Origin: the human T2T-CHM13v2.0 reference genome, Homo sapiens
Length of the DNA: 64,000 bases
Direction: 5' to 3' (one strand)
Assembly (NCBI RefSeq): GCF_009914755.1
Contig: NC_060938.1
The notes beneath the pieces were generated by a model. The model saw only the letters and a program-made list of their open reading frames with translations. It was not told the DNA's origin and did not search any database. The translations under genes and the position numbers were made by a program. This document shows positions 13,798-26,720 of this stretch, piece after piece (the first letter of the stretch is position 1; every line of letters begins with the position of its first letter).

Positions 13798-15276
13798 TTA
13801 ATTGCCTTTTATTTATGAAAATACCACAAGTTTAAAATCCATTATTTTATTGACTGGGCATTTTCCTACTTGAGACTACTACGAAAAAAGCTGTTATGAC
13901 CATTTCCGATTAAGTCTTGTTGGCTATATGTTTTCATTTCTCTTCGGTAAATGCTTAGCAGTGCAATTGCTAGGTCATAGAACAGGTGTATATTTAAGCC
14001 TCATAATGCCAGACCACTTTCCAAAATGGTTGCACCACTTAAAATTTCCTCTAACAAAGTGTATGAAAGTTCCGATTTCCTCACAACCTTGTCAGTGTTT
14101 GGTTTTGTCAGTTCTTTAAATATTTGAGATTCTGGTGATTATGTAGTGATACATCATTGTAGTTTTAATTTGTATTTCCCTGTTGACTAATGATACTGAG
14201 CACTTTTTCATGTGCTCATGGCTATTCATGTAGCTTCACTTTTATGAAGCATCTTTTCAAACCTTTTGTCTATTTTTCAATTCAATTTTTTTTTGTGTGT
14301 GAGTTCTGGTATTTCTTTATATTTTAGATCAGTGCTGTCCAATAGAATTTCCTACATTTGTTCAAAATGTTCATTGTAAAATGTGTCTAGTGTAATTGAG
14401 AAAAAAACTGTATTTAATTTTGATCAATTTACGTTGATATAGCTACATTGACTGATGACTACCATATCAAATAGTGTAGTTCTAGATATGAGTCATTTTT
14501 GGATACATGTTTTGTGAATATTTTCTCCCAATCTGTGGCTTGGCTATTCATTTTCTTTTTTTAAAAAAATTAAAAACAAAATTTTTAAGTTTTATGGAAG
14601 TATGGTAGTTGTATATATTTATGGGGTACATGTGAGATTTTGATATAAGCATATAATGTGTAATGATCAAATCAGGGTAACTGGGATAACCATCACCTCA
14701 ACCATTTTTTTTTTTTTTTTTTTTGGGTTAGGAAGATTCCAATCCCACTCTTCTATTTATTTTTAAATATACAATGAATTATTATTAACTGTAGTCACCC
14801 TATGTTGCTACTGAACACTAGATCTTATTCCTTCTATCTAACTGATTTTTGTACCTATTAACCAGCTCATATTTATCGCCCTTCCACACTGCCTTTCCCA
14901 GCCTCTGATAACCATCAATGTATTCTCTATCTTCATGAGATCAAGTTTTTCACATATGCGTGAGAACACATGATATTTGTCTTTCTATGCCTGGCTTATT
15001 TCACTTAACGTAATATCCTCCAGTTCTATTCATGTCGTTGCAAGTGACAAGATTTCATTCTTTTTTATGGCTGAATTATATCCTATTGTGTATATATACC
15101 ACATTTTCTTTATCCATTCATCTGTTGATGGATGGACACTTAAGTTGATTCCATATTTTGGCTATTGTGAATACTGCTGCAATAAACATGAGAGTGCAGA
15201 TATCTCTTTGATATGTTGACTCTCTTTCTGGTTATATACCCAGCAGTGGAATTGCTGGATCAAATGGTGTTTCTAG

Positions 15277-15582
<306 letters not shown>

Positions 15583-16731
15583 AGTTTTAGTTTTTTGAAG
15601 AAGTTCCATATTTTCCATAGTGGCTGTACTAATTTATATTCCCACCAACAGTGTAGAAGGGTTCCCCTTTCTCCACATCTTCACCAGCATCTGTTATTGC
15701 CTGTCTTTTTGACAAAAGCCATTTTAACTGGGGTGAGATGATATCTCATTACGGCTTTGATTTGATCTGATAATTAGTGATGTTGAACATTTTTAAAAAA
15801 CCTGAATATCTGTATATATTTATTTGTACATCTTCTTTTGAGAAATGTCTATTCAGATCTTTTTCTCACTTAAAAATCAGACTTTTTTTTTTCTGCTTTT
15901 GAGGTGTTTGAGCTTCTTATGTATTCTGGTTATTAATCCCTTGTCAGATGGGTAGTTTTCAAATATTTTCTCCCATTCTGTGAGTGGTCTCTTCACTTTG
16001 TTTCCTTAGCTGTGTAGAAGCTTTTTAGCTTGATATGATCTCATTTGCCCACTTTTGCTTTGTTTGCCTATACTTTTGAGTTCTTACTCAAGAAATCTTT
16101 GCCTGAACCAATGTCCTGGAGCATCTCCTCAATGTTTTCTTCTAGTAGTTTCAAGTTTCAGCTCTTAGATTTAGGTTTTTATTTTGATTTGACTTTTGTG
16201 TATGGTGAGAGATAGGGGTCTAGTTTCATTCTTTCTCACATGGACATCTAGTTTCCCCAGCACCATTTATTGAAGAGACTGTTCTTTTCCTAATGTATGT
16301 TCTTGGTCCCTTTATTGAAAATGTGTTGACTGTAAATGCATGAATTTATTTCTGGGTTCTCTATTCTGTTCCATTGGTGTATGTGTCTGTTTTTATGCCA
16401 GTACCATGTTGTTTTGGTTACTATAGCTTTGTAGTATGATTTGAAGTCAGGTGGCTTTGTAATATAATTTGATGCCTCTAGCTTTGTTCTTTTTGCTTAT
16501 GATTGCTTTGGCTATTCTGGTTCCTTTGTGGTTCCATATAAATTTTAGGATTGTTTTTTCTATTTCTGTGAAGAATGTTATTGGTATTTTGATAGGGTTT
16601 GCATTGAATCTGTAGATTGCTTTGGGTATTATGGACATTTTAACAATATTGATTTTTCCAATCCATGAACATGGAGTATCTTTTTCCTTTATTTTTTTCA
16701 TCAGTGTTTTACAGTTTTCATTTTAGAGATC

Positions 16732-17130
16732 TGTATTAGTCCATTCTCACACTGCTATAAAGAAATATCTGAGACTGGGTAATTTATAAAGAAAAGAGGT
16801 TTAATTGGCTCATGGTTCTGCAGGCTATATAGGAAGTGTGGCTGGGGAGGCCTCAGGAAACTTACAATCATTGTGGAAAGTGGTCATTGTAGAATGTGAA
16901 GGGGAAGTAGACACATCTTCACATGGCCAAAGCAGGAGGAAGACTGAGATGGGGGAGTTGCCACACACTTTTAAAAAACCAGATTTCATAAGAACTCTAT
17001 CAGTAGAACAGCACCAAAGGAGGAAATCTGCCTGCATGATCCAATCACCTCCCATCAGGCCCCACCTCCAACATTGGGTATTACAACTCAACGTGAGATT
17101 TGGGTGGATACACAAATCCAAACCATATCA
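16732..17130 (-). mobile_element. MST-type MaLR solo LTR
   Basis: TGTATTAGTCCATTCTCAC...AAACCATATCA termini. Confidence 0.9.
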
Positions 17131-17515
17131 ACTTCTTCTCTTTCTCCTTCTCCTTCTTCCTCTCTTCCTCTCCTCCTTCTCCTCCTTCTCTTCCTCCTCC
17201 TGCTCCTCCTCTTCCTCCTCCTCCTTCTCCTTCTTCTCCCTCTTTTTTTTTTTTGACGGTCTCACTTCCATTGCCCAGGCTGGCATACAGGGGTGCAATC
17301 TTGGCTCACTGTAGCCTCAACTTCCTGGACTCAGATGATCTTCCCACCTCAACCTCCTGAGTAGCTGGGACTACAGGTGCACACCACCATGGCTGGCTAA
17401 TTTTTTGTATTTCAGTAGAGGGGATTTTGCCATGTTGCCCAGGCTGGTCTCAAACTCCTGGGCTCAAGTGATCCACCTGCCTCACCCTCAAAAATTGTGA
17501 GCTGTTGTGCCCAGC
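17131..17515 (-). mobile_element. Alu (J-like) with expanded CT/CCT-rich tail (17131-17254)
   Basis: Dimer consensus preceded by a pyrimidine microsatellite. Confidence 0.9.
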
Positions 17516-18002
17516 TGAGATCTTTCACTTATTTGGTTAAGTTTATTCCTAGGTGTTCTATTTTATTTGTGGCTATTGCAAATTGGCTATTCATTTTCTT
17601 AGTGGGATCTTTTGATGTGCAGAAGTTTTAAATTTTGATCGTGCCTAACTTGTACATTTTTTAAAATGGCTTTTGTATTCTGTGACACATCTAAGAAACT
17701 TTTGATCACTCCTAAGTCAGGAGTAAATGCTCTCATTTTGCACTTTCTCAAGAAATTTTAGAATCATCTCATTAATTGCTGGGATTATGATTGGGGTTTT
17801 GTTGAATCTATAGATAGCGTGCAAGTAACATTGACTTTGATATTTTTAATTTGAGACTTTCAGGAATGGATATCTATGTTGGTCGATGTATTTTAATACT
17901 TTGGCGAAAGGAAAACAGGGTCTGATCAGCCTTCTGTGTTTTAGGCAAGAAGAGAGCCTATAATAGTCTACAAAATACTTCTATTTTGTGTTGTTTACTC
18001 AG

Positions 18003-18159
18003 AAGGACTTTGGACAACAATTTCTTTGACTGAAACTGGGGTCAGAGTTGCAGACTCCCTGGAACATGAAAAGTCAATAATCTAGTTCCCAAAAGGCAGA
18101 CAAGAAACTATTCCCAAGATGAACAAATGATGAGAATAGAGGTAAAGGTGAAAATGATG
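18003..18159 (+). pseudogene. Candidate decayed exon F (157 nt; (E)GLWTTISLTETGVRVADSLEHEKSII...; frame unresolved)
   Basis: Acceptor TTTTGTGTTGTTTACTCAG| and consensus donor ATG|GTAAGT; purine-rich exon-like body. Confidence 0.5.
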
Positions 18160-18674
18160 GTAAGTGTGAAAAATCCATTTATAACACTTCAATTTGTGTT
18201 CTTTAAGGAAGAAAATATACCTTGTGCTTTTTCTGGTCTGCAGCATCTCTAAACTATTTGCCTTTATTTTCTCAAAAGTATTTTAGGAACAGTGAAGTTA
18301 CACAACTTTGTTCTCTTCAGTTCTTATTTTAATTCAATATGAGCTTGGAAGAAGAATCTACAGATTATTTCATTTAATCCCTTCATGGTGTATGAAGTAA
18401 ACAGATTTAGAGTTAAATGATTTGTCTGAGGCCATGCGGCTAGTTAGTAGCAGAGTTCTGACAACATCCCAGGCTTTTCTATCTCTCTACTCCACTGATA
18501 TTTCCAGTATGCATTGCTTTTATAATAGCTAACCACTCACTAACTCCTGATCCCCTACAATGTGCCTGGCGCTGTGCTACATATAGGTGATATAAATTAT
18601 CATTATAATATACTTTTGTTCCTCAAATACCACATAGCTCTATGTAATAGAAGACATATGAAAATAGTAAAAGG

Positions 18675-19058
<384 letters not shown>

Positions 19059-20261
19059 TCAAACTGCACCTTAAATTCATGTTCTATTAAATAAAATGTT
19101 AACTGTTAAGGAAGGTGAAGTTTAATGCTTGATGAAATTATCAGAGAAGTCTATAGAAAAAGAAAAATTTGAGACAGAATTTCAAGGAATGATGGAATTA
19201 GGAAGGGTAGAGGGATTATAAACTATTATAATCGGGACACAACAAATATGTTAATAAAAACTTGAATACCTTATAAATTAAAATGCAATTTCAATGCAGT
19301 TCAAGACAAGGACATTACATATGTTTATGGGCTTCTGAAATAAATTACTTTTAACTAAAACTAATGAAACACAGATTTATATGAGAAGCTTAGAGGTAAA
19401 TTAAGTCGTGAAGTAGGCATTCAGATTTCTTTCTGCAGAAGTAGTGATATTTCCCCCAGGCGCTTCTCTTATGGTAGCTGGTCCTAAGGGAATACTCTTT
19501 TGTCAGTAGCATGCAGTAGTCCTGTATAGGTAATAAGAGACCTCCATCTCCATATTGCTTTCAGCAATTTGCCCTAAAACAAATAATCTAAACTCTTTGA
19601 TTCCTCATTTCCATATGCAGTAATAGGACTAATAATAACTGCCCTGTCAATCTCATGGCAGTTGTGAAAATGAATATATACAATTTTTATTTATCAATTA
19701 TATTACACCTCAATAAAACTGGAGAAAATGAGAAATGTACAGATTATGGTTCAATGAAGATTCTATGAAGATATTTTTAGGGACAAAATCTGCAGTGTTG
19801 TCTGCAGCATTGACTTGGTTGTCTCCAAAGATTATAATAGCATTAATAATATTTTTCCTTGGGTTTAGATAACTCTATGGTGTCTGTGCAGTATGATTAA
19901 TTGAATGCTTCATATGTACTGAATCTTTTTTCATGAACTAGGCTGATTTACAATGATACAGTTAGCAGTTATTTAGGGTGTCACTGGAAAATTCTTGTTT
20001 ATATTACTTTTTATTTATACATTATGTACAAAAAATTGCCTTCTTCATGCTTGTATCCATATTATTTACATAATTGAAGAATGATGATGAACTGCTAATG
20101 TAGACAGAGAATGGAGATGAAACTAATTTCTTATATAACCACTGAAGAGAAGAGTGGTCATGGAGAGAAGAGTAGAACAAGAATTATAATCATGTTTAAT
20201 TTTTCTTTCACTTGGAAATGACTTGAGTGGGTTCAACCATTACTAAGAAAAATATAATTTG

Positions 20262-20306
20262 ATTTGTGAAACAAAGAGATTCTAAGAATCTCTTTGTTTC
20301 ACAAAT
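20262..20306. repeat. Perfect inverted repeat, 22-bp arms with 1-nt spacer
   Basis: ATTTGTGAAACAAAGAGATTCT-A-AGAATCTCTTTGTTTCACAAAT. Confidence 0.97.
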
Positions 20307-20544
20307 GTCTCTATTCTCTAGTATCTAATATTAAAATATTATTTTATGGGGTTGGCAATTAATATTATAAAATGAATGAATTATTAATAGTTAATAACAT
20401 TTAATAACTCTCAACAAAGATTCAAACTACACAAAGGTTTTAATTTTGTAACAAAATGTGCAATTTTTTCCACAAATGGCAAAAAAGAATTGCTCACAAG
20501 AAACTATACCTTGACTGTAGACTTATTAAAATCTAGGTTATTGA

Positions 20545-21038
20545 GTATTAGTTATCTATTGCTGCATAAAAATTGCACAAACTTGGTGGTTTAAGACAAT
20601 ATGCATTTATTATCACACGGTATCTGTGGGTCAGGAATCTGGGCACAACTTGAGTCCTTTGCTTCATAATCTCTCACAAGACTGCACGGAAGAATCTGCT
20701 TCCAATCTCACATGGTTGCTGGCAGAATTCAGTTTCTTGCAGGCTGTTGGACTGAGGGCATCAGCTTTCTGTTGGCTATTGGCTGTCCTTTGCTACATGG
20801 GCTTTTCCACAGGGCATTTCACAAGATGATAGCTTGCTTTCTCAGAGCCAGTTGAGGGTCTCCTAGCAAGACAGATATACCATGTTGTGTAATATAATCA
20901 TAGAAGTGATATCTATCAGTTTTGTTGCATTTTATTGATTAGAAGCAAGTTCTAGGTCCTGCTCACTCTCGGGAGGGACTTACACAAGGGTGAGAATACC
21001 AAGAGGTGAGGACCACTGGGGGCCATCTTAGAGTCTGT
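20545..21038 (-). mobile_element. MLT1-type MaLR LTR
   Basis: GTATTAGTTATCTATTGCTGCATAA...GGGGCCATCTTAGAGTCTG motifs. Confidence 0.8.
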
Positions 21039-21256
21039 GGAAAAAGAATGGATTAATTTGACATATGGTAGAGTGAAAAGAGAGGGTAAACTCAGATGCT
21101 TATTAGCAATTCATATCCAATTAATTCTATAATCCAGAAGCAATTGGTGGGAATGGCTTAATAGAATTTCCAGTTAGCGATATAGTATCACAAACTAATA
21201 AGCACAAGGTGCTAAGTACATTATTTTCTTCTTCTGTGATCCTGCTCTGTCTCCAG

Positions 21257-21412
21257 TGCTGTCAGCTGTGAAATGAGAAAGCCTTCCATCAGACCCTGGA
21301 AAAGATGTAAAGAGCTGTACTTCAGAAAAATATTGGAGAAAAGTACAAATCTTAAAAAAATTTTTTTGAGTAGTGCATTTCATCAGCAGATGCTGTCAAT
21401 TTTGTTATACTG
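21257..21412 (+). pseudogene. Candidate exon G (156 nt, multiple of 3)
   Basis: Long polypyrimidine tract plus CTCCAG| and donor CTG|GTAACA. The phase-2 frame is fully open (AVSCEMRKPSIRPWKRCKELYFRKILEK...); the original frame is uncertain. Confidence 0.5.
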
Positions 21413-21864
21413 GTAACAGATATCTATGGAAAATGAAATTCTCAACAGCACATTGCCAGCATGTTCCCCCACAAAAACAGCCATGGTTAAATAAAATAGA
21501 AATTCTTGCACATGATTAGAAATTTGCAAAAGAGATTAAATGTGGCATTGATATAATAAAGCCTTTGATTAACTAACAAAACTTTATCAGGTATCTAAAA
21601 GAGCTGTTTGAATTTCTAACCAAGTCAGAACACCAGCTATTACACTCCTTAAAACAATTATGCCCCAAATTAACATCTTATATGCAAAAACATTTTGTCT
21701 GTTTTGAAGACTAACAAAGACTGGAAAAGCATGAGAAAGATGAGTAGTTATCACTTCAATAGTGTTTGGATTATTGAGTTATGGTTAATTGATGGTCTTT
21801 AATAGGATTTACAAAGCTAGTATCATAGACGGTCAGGGAAATCCTCTTTCCAAACATTATATAG

Positions 21865-22097
21865 TTAAGTCACAGAAGATGCTGTGGAAAATAGACCCAA
21901 ATAGTGCCTATAAGTATAGTTGGTATGAATTGAAGCACTACAAGCAGTGATAGAGCTGTGTGGAAGACAGAAGACAAACATCACACTTTTAAGTTTGCCG
22001 ATCTACCCTGGAATAAATTGATGTTACAATCCTTGATGTTTGTATTTCTGCTCTGTTGCTCTAAGTGAGAATATAGGATGTACTTTGAGAGATTACA
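21865..22097 (+). pseudogene. Candidate decayed exon H (KSQKMLWKIDPNSAYKYSWYELKHYK/DRAVWKTEDKHHTFKFADLPWNKLMLQSLMFVFLLCCSK*EYRMYFERL)
   Basis: Two overlapping protein-like frames joined by one frameshift; consensus donor CA|GTAAGT; acceptor tentative. Confidence 0.5.
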
Positions 22098-22140
22098 GTA
22101 AGTTGTAGGAGTTCCTCACTCATATAAATGGATTGAACAG

Positions 22141-22277
22141 GGCCAGGTGCGGTGGCTCATGCCTGTAACCCTGGCACTTTGGGAGGATGAGGTGGGAGGA
22201 TTGCCTGAGCTCAGGAGTTCAAGGCCAGCCTAGGAAACATGGGAAGACCCTGTCTCTATGAATGAATGAATAATAAA
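22141..22277 (+). mobile_element. Alu left monomer (FLAM-like) with (GAAT)n tail
   Basis: GGCCAGGTGCGGTGGCTC...GACCCTGTCTCTA; lies between candidate exons H and I. Confidence 0.9.
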
Positions 22278-22360
22278 CAGATTTAATGAATTCTGGATCT
22301 GCTGTATTTATCGCATATCATGTATAATATCTTTATGTATGGTTAATAAATTCTAAATAG

Positions 22361-22629
22361 AAAAGGTTAATAAATGAATCAACAAGATTGGGTACCAGAA
22401 CACCAAGTAGATAAGATATTATCCAAGCCACACGATTATAGAGAACATCCTCACATTTTGGCAGCAGCATAAAACAGACAAACATCTACATTATCTCATT
22501 TTTCCTGAAGAAAACAGAACTTCACATGAGCTGAAATGAATGCTTGGTATCATGATGGGTCTCTGTCATTGTCCTTGGTATGTCCTCTAAAGTAAAAACA
22601 GGAAAATCCTCTTCTGAATACCTAATGAA
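22361..22629 (+). pseudogene. Candidate decayed exon I (...IRYYPSHTIIENILTFWQQHKTDKHLHYLIFPEENRTSHELK*MLGIMMGLCHCPWYVL*SKNRKILF*IPNE)
   Basis: Single frame with isolated stops; ends GAA|GTAAGG (phase 0); acceptor tentative. Confidence 0.55.
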
Positions 22630-22839
22630 GTAAGGTTTCAGCAAAGTCTTGTAGAAACTTATGTTCTCTAGTCTCTAAGAATTGAAAGGTGGGAGGGGCT
22701 TGGCTAAAGGAATACTTGTTTGGTACTGGAGAAAATGAAAAAGCAAAAACATGGGAATTCTGGGGTTCCGTGCCTCGCAAATATTTGTCTTGGGTGACAA
22801 ATTTTTTTCCAAATTCTGATTGTGTGGCTCCTGTTTCAG

Positions 22840-23013
22840 GATGGGCTCTTTGAAGCTTTAAACATTAATCAGAGACTATATTCAGGTATAAAGCAAGCCT
22901 GTGACCTTTGTCCAAGGATTCAGTTCAGTCTTGTAAATCAGAAATTCAAATGTCAAATCATTCATGATTTATTCAGCTTTGGATATGGGCATTTAGAAAC
23001 ACATGCTGTCAAA
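22840..23013 (+). pseudogene. Candidate exon J (DGLFEALNINQRLYSGIKQACDLCPRIQFSLVNQKFKCQIIHDLFSFGYGHLETHAVK)
   Basis: Acceptor CTCCTGTTTCAG|; 58 codons fully open in phase 0, matching exon I; weak donor AAA|GTATAG with a stop immediately after. Confidence 0.6.
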
Positions 23014-23865
23014 GTATAGAGGTGTATTTTTAGTCATTTGAGGCATATTCTCTGAAGTCTATCCCATCTACAAAGATACATACATTTCCTTTATGTAATT
23101 TTAAATTATAAGAATGGGGAACGTCTTTGACAGGACTAGTTTATGCCAGTTAAGATGCTGAAAGGCCAGCAAAGTCTTTGATAGGGGAAAGGCCATGAAT
23201 TTCTAGATCACATTTCATATTGAGAGAGTGGCTCATTGTGGGAGCTATTCACTTAAACAGATTTATTCTATATTTCAATGTGCAAATTAGTATTCAATGT
23301 AGCTAAGAGACAGTTTCATGCTTGGAGCCATGAACAGGGAGGTTTGAAAACAAATCACAGTGTGAGGCAAAGTAGGGTCAATTAAGGGGGTTGCCATTTA
23401 GACAAGTCCCATAGATGGGATAAGGTTTTCTTTTTGGTGAGCCTTTGGACAGGATGAGAAGGTCAGTTGTGGACAGTAACCTCAAACTAAAGGAACTGAA
23501 ATAAGTTTCTGAGCTTTATTCAGTATATTCAACAGAGACAAACTGTCCAAGATACCCTATTCTTCCTTAGTGAGTTGAGCAAGGGAGTGGATCACACGTT
23601 CTCAGCTGACATTGACACAGCCTGAGGCCTATGGAAAGGGAATGAGGTAGTCTTCTTATCTGTGAGGGAATCTGAAACTTCAGTGAGTCCTTAGTCACCT
23701 AAGAAGGGTTGTCTTTTGGGAGGAACGAGGGCAACCTTACAGGTATAAATCCTTCCTTTTTAGAAAACAATACAAGGTATTACTCTACACATAATTAGGA
23801 GATATTCAAAAGAATCTTCTTTATTTTGATCAGTATTTATTTATTTATTTATAAATTTCTGTCAG

Positions 23866-24014
23866 GGTGGGGGAAAATCTTGTTCAATACAGATTCCACC
23901 AGGATTGTAGCTAAGTCACAGACAGCCTATGCAGTGTCCAGATATCCACATGCTGAGGTGAACTTCATCTTCAAGGTATTTATCTATGCATACCAGCATC
24001 CATGGAGATGCTAA
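23866..24014 (+). pseudogene. Candidate last exon L ((G)WGKILFNTDSTRIVAKSQTAYAVSRYPHAEVNFIFKVFIYAYQHPWRC*)
   Basis: Acceptor ATTTCTGTCAG|; open phase-1 frame to TAA at 24012-24014. An alternative donor AAG|GTATTT lies at 23976. Confidence 0.5.
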
Positions 24015-24949
24015 TAACTAACCATGCAGATTGTTGCCAAATGTTCCCTAATTCTTGACCTTAAGGACTCTTTAGGATCAGCATTCTCTTAGCCACTTTG
24101 TGGCTCACTCAGATCTATCTATCTGCCTAAACATAACACTCAACCATTCTTATTCTGTGGTTCTGCCACTGCACTGAGCTCCACCTGGTAATGGGGACAT
24201 TGATTCTGTTGTTTTCACATCCCCCAAGCTGATTTGGGGTTCTGTTGTCCCCCCTCCCCACTAGAGATTAATCTTGGGTGAACAGGAGAGAGGTAGTCTC
24301 AGAGTATGGGAGTCCTTCTTATTCGCTGTAACAGGCACAGATTATTGTAGCTCAAATAACAGAAATCCTAGCCAACAGTGGCTTAAATATCTCACATAAC
24401 CAGAGGTCTGGAAATGCAGACCAGGACTGGTATAGCAGCTTAGTTATACTGCCAAGAATTCATCTTCTTGCCATATTTCCTCTTTGTCTTCCTCAGCTTT
24501 TGGCTTCTATTATTGTGGTTGTCATTATTGTGCTTTTCATGTTCACAAGATGACTGCCACATCTCCATGTCACATCCATGGTCAAGGTGGGAAAAAGGAG
24601 TTAGCACCAACTACGTTCCACTCAATCAGAAAAGCAAAAGCTTTCTCAGAAACTTCCCAGAAAAATTTCCCTTTACCACATTGGGTTAGCCAATTACAAA
24701 TGACTGGTACAAGAACCCATGGATATTTAAGTTCTCAGTTTTCTTCAGATTCTCTTCATCCCTCATAATCCCAGGAAACTTGTTATAGTCTGTCTAGGAC
24801 AGATACTAACTTGGCTCATTGACTACCCACTTCCAGTCACATTCTCCATTGCTTTCCTCTACTCTACAGGTTAGAGAGCTCTAAATGCTTAATTTCTCAG
24901 TTTCTCTTGGTTCTAAGGATGGTCATGTGACCCGGTTCTAGCCAGTCGG

Positions 24950-24975
24950 GTGTGTGTGTGTGTGTGTGTGTGTGT
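24950..24975. repeat. (TG)n microsatellite in an LTR-like relic
   Basis: About 13 GT units. Confidence 0.9.
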
Positions 24976-26720
24976 CTTCCTTTCCTGAATAAAAAAGGCA
25001 AAGGCTCACTAGGAAATTCTCTTTGTCATTCCCTCCTCTTCCTATATGGAACATAGCTTTGATGCCTGAAGGTACAACAAACATCTCATGACTATGAGGG
25101 GATGAAAATGGATACCAAGGATACCAAGATGATGGAACAAAAAGAATTGATTTGGAACATGACGGCACTATGGATTCATCGTATTGGACCTCTGTGATAT
25201 AATTCTGAACTTTTCATATAAGACTAATATACCCCTACTTGTTTAATACAACTGTAGAGTTATCTGCTACTTGCAGCCAAATGTAATCCTAACTAATATA
25301 GGCAATAAATCATGTTTTTATATCACTATGTAGGTCTTCCAATCTATTGTCTTTGCCAGAGCTGTCTCCATTCTTCTAAAAGGTCCCAACTTCCAAAATT
25401 CAAAACCAAGAAAACAACCTCTTTTCTCTGACATTTTTATTGGGTCAGACATTTTGCTGTGTCAGAAAATGATTCCATATAATTTGTGCAAATGGGGAAG
25501 GGCTATGCGAGATACAAGGAATTATAGGGAGAAAATTATTGACACATATTTAAAAATATATCTCAGCATAGTTACAAATACACAGAAACCCATCCAAATT
25601 AGACTAAGACAGTAAATTTATTGGGTGGATGTAAGTATATCTTATGGACCTAAGGATAGGAAGTCCGGTTGAACCTCATTATGAACTGGAACCAGGAACT
25701 GAAAAGTTATGAACCAGTGCAGCTCTTCTCCCTTTCCTCTATGGTAACATGATCTCTTATGATCTACTTTCTTCTTCTCTCTTGCATTGGCTTTATCTGC
25801 TTCTGCATGCACATAGTAGAAAATAGTAATTTCAACTGTATTAGCTCAAAGACAAACTAAGATTGACTAACACCTGTTACTTTTATTTTCCAGGCTCTCT
25901 GGAGAATTAATCTGATTGGTCAATTTTTTGGTTGTACATCAGTCTTTAGTCCAATTAGTGACCTTGGGAATGGGGTCAAATGACTTAGCAATTCTTAGGA
26001 CCAAAGGAGAATACCCTTTTGAAAAGAGGCCATGGATATGTATATGTGTGTCAGTGTTTTTTGGAGAAGAAACATCTCTACTACTCTCCTAAAATTTTAA
26101 TTTGGGGAAAGGTAAACCAAAGTAATGATTCAGCCATTCTACAAACATTATTCTCACTTGCTCCTCCTCTTATGTTTTCTCTCAGGGAATTCATCTAGTT
26201 GCTCATGTCATAAACCTCTACACAACCAATGATTACCACAATAGCTAACAATTACTAACTCTGTGACAGCTGTTCTACATGCATTATCTTAAGTTCAACC
26301 TCACAACAACCATAGAAGTAGGAATTAACTATTTTATTGATAACAAAGTGAAATTTAGAGATGTTAAGTCAAGCCTTCAAGAGAGAGACCTCATGTCTCC
26401 TTGTCTCTGATCTTGCCCCGCTGATCCATTTCTTTTTTAACCCAGTAATCATAGTGGTATTTCTAAAACACAAATCTGATGTTACTTTCCTGCTTAAAAT
26501 CCTTCTATAGTTCCCTTAGGATAAAGTCCAAATTTCTTTACAAGATATATACAGCCTTTCTTGATTTAGGCAACCTCCATCTAACCAACCTTCACTCCAT
26601 CCTCATCTCTTTTAGTCACTTTGTCCTAAGTTGCACAGATCATTTACAGTTCTTAACAATCCAGAAAAGAAATGTATTTTCTACTCCTCTTGTGTTCTCT
26701 CTTCTTTTCTCTCTTCTTTC

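Noticed and set aside
16447-16701. ORF2p-like ORF (also 168-473)
   Set aside because: Short remnants of decayed L1 copies with no intact ORF1/ORF2.
17074-17360. Poly-Ser/Pro/Leu ORFs
   Set aside because: Translations of the CT/CCT microsatellite in an Alu tail.
19740-19940. Hydrophobic + strand frame (RLWFNEDSMKIFLGTKSAVLSAALTWLSPKIIIALIIFFLGFR*) in unique sequence
   Set aside because: No convincing acceptor or donor; may be chance. Revisit if an ortholog of the fossil gene is found.
22840-23013. Superficial resemblance of exon J to ZZ zinc-finger or dystrophin-family motifs (CDLC, FKCQ, GH..H)
   Set aside because: Cys spacing does not fit the ZZ consensus; no family can be assigned without a profile search.
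23113-23290. Possible additional exon between J and L
   Set aside because: Weak acceptor, several stops in the phase-0 frame and no clear donor; not supportable on its own.
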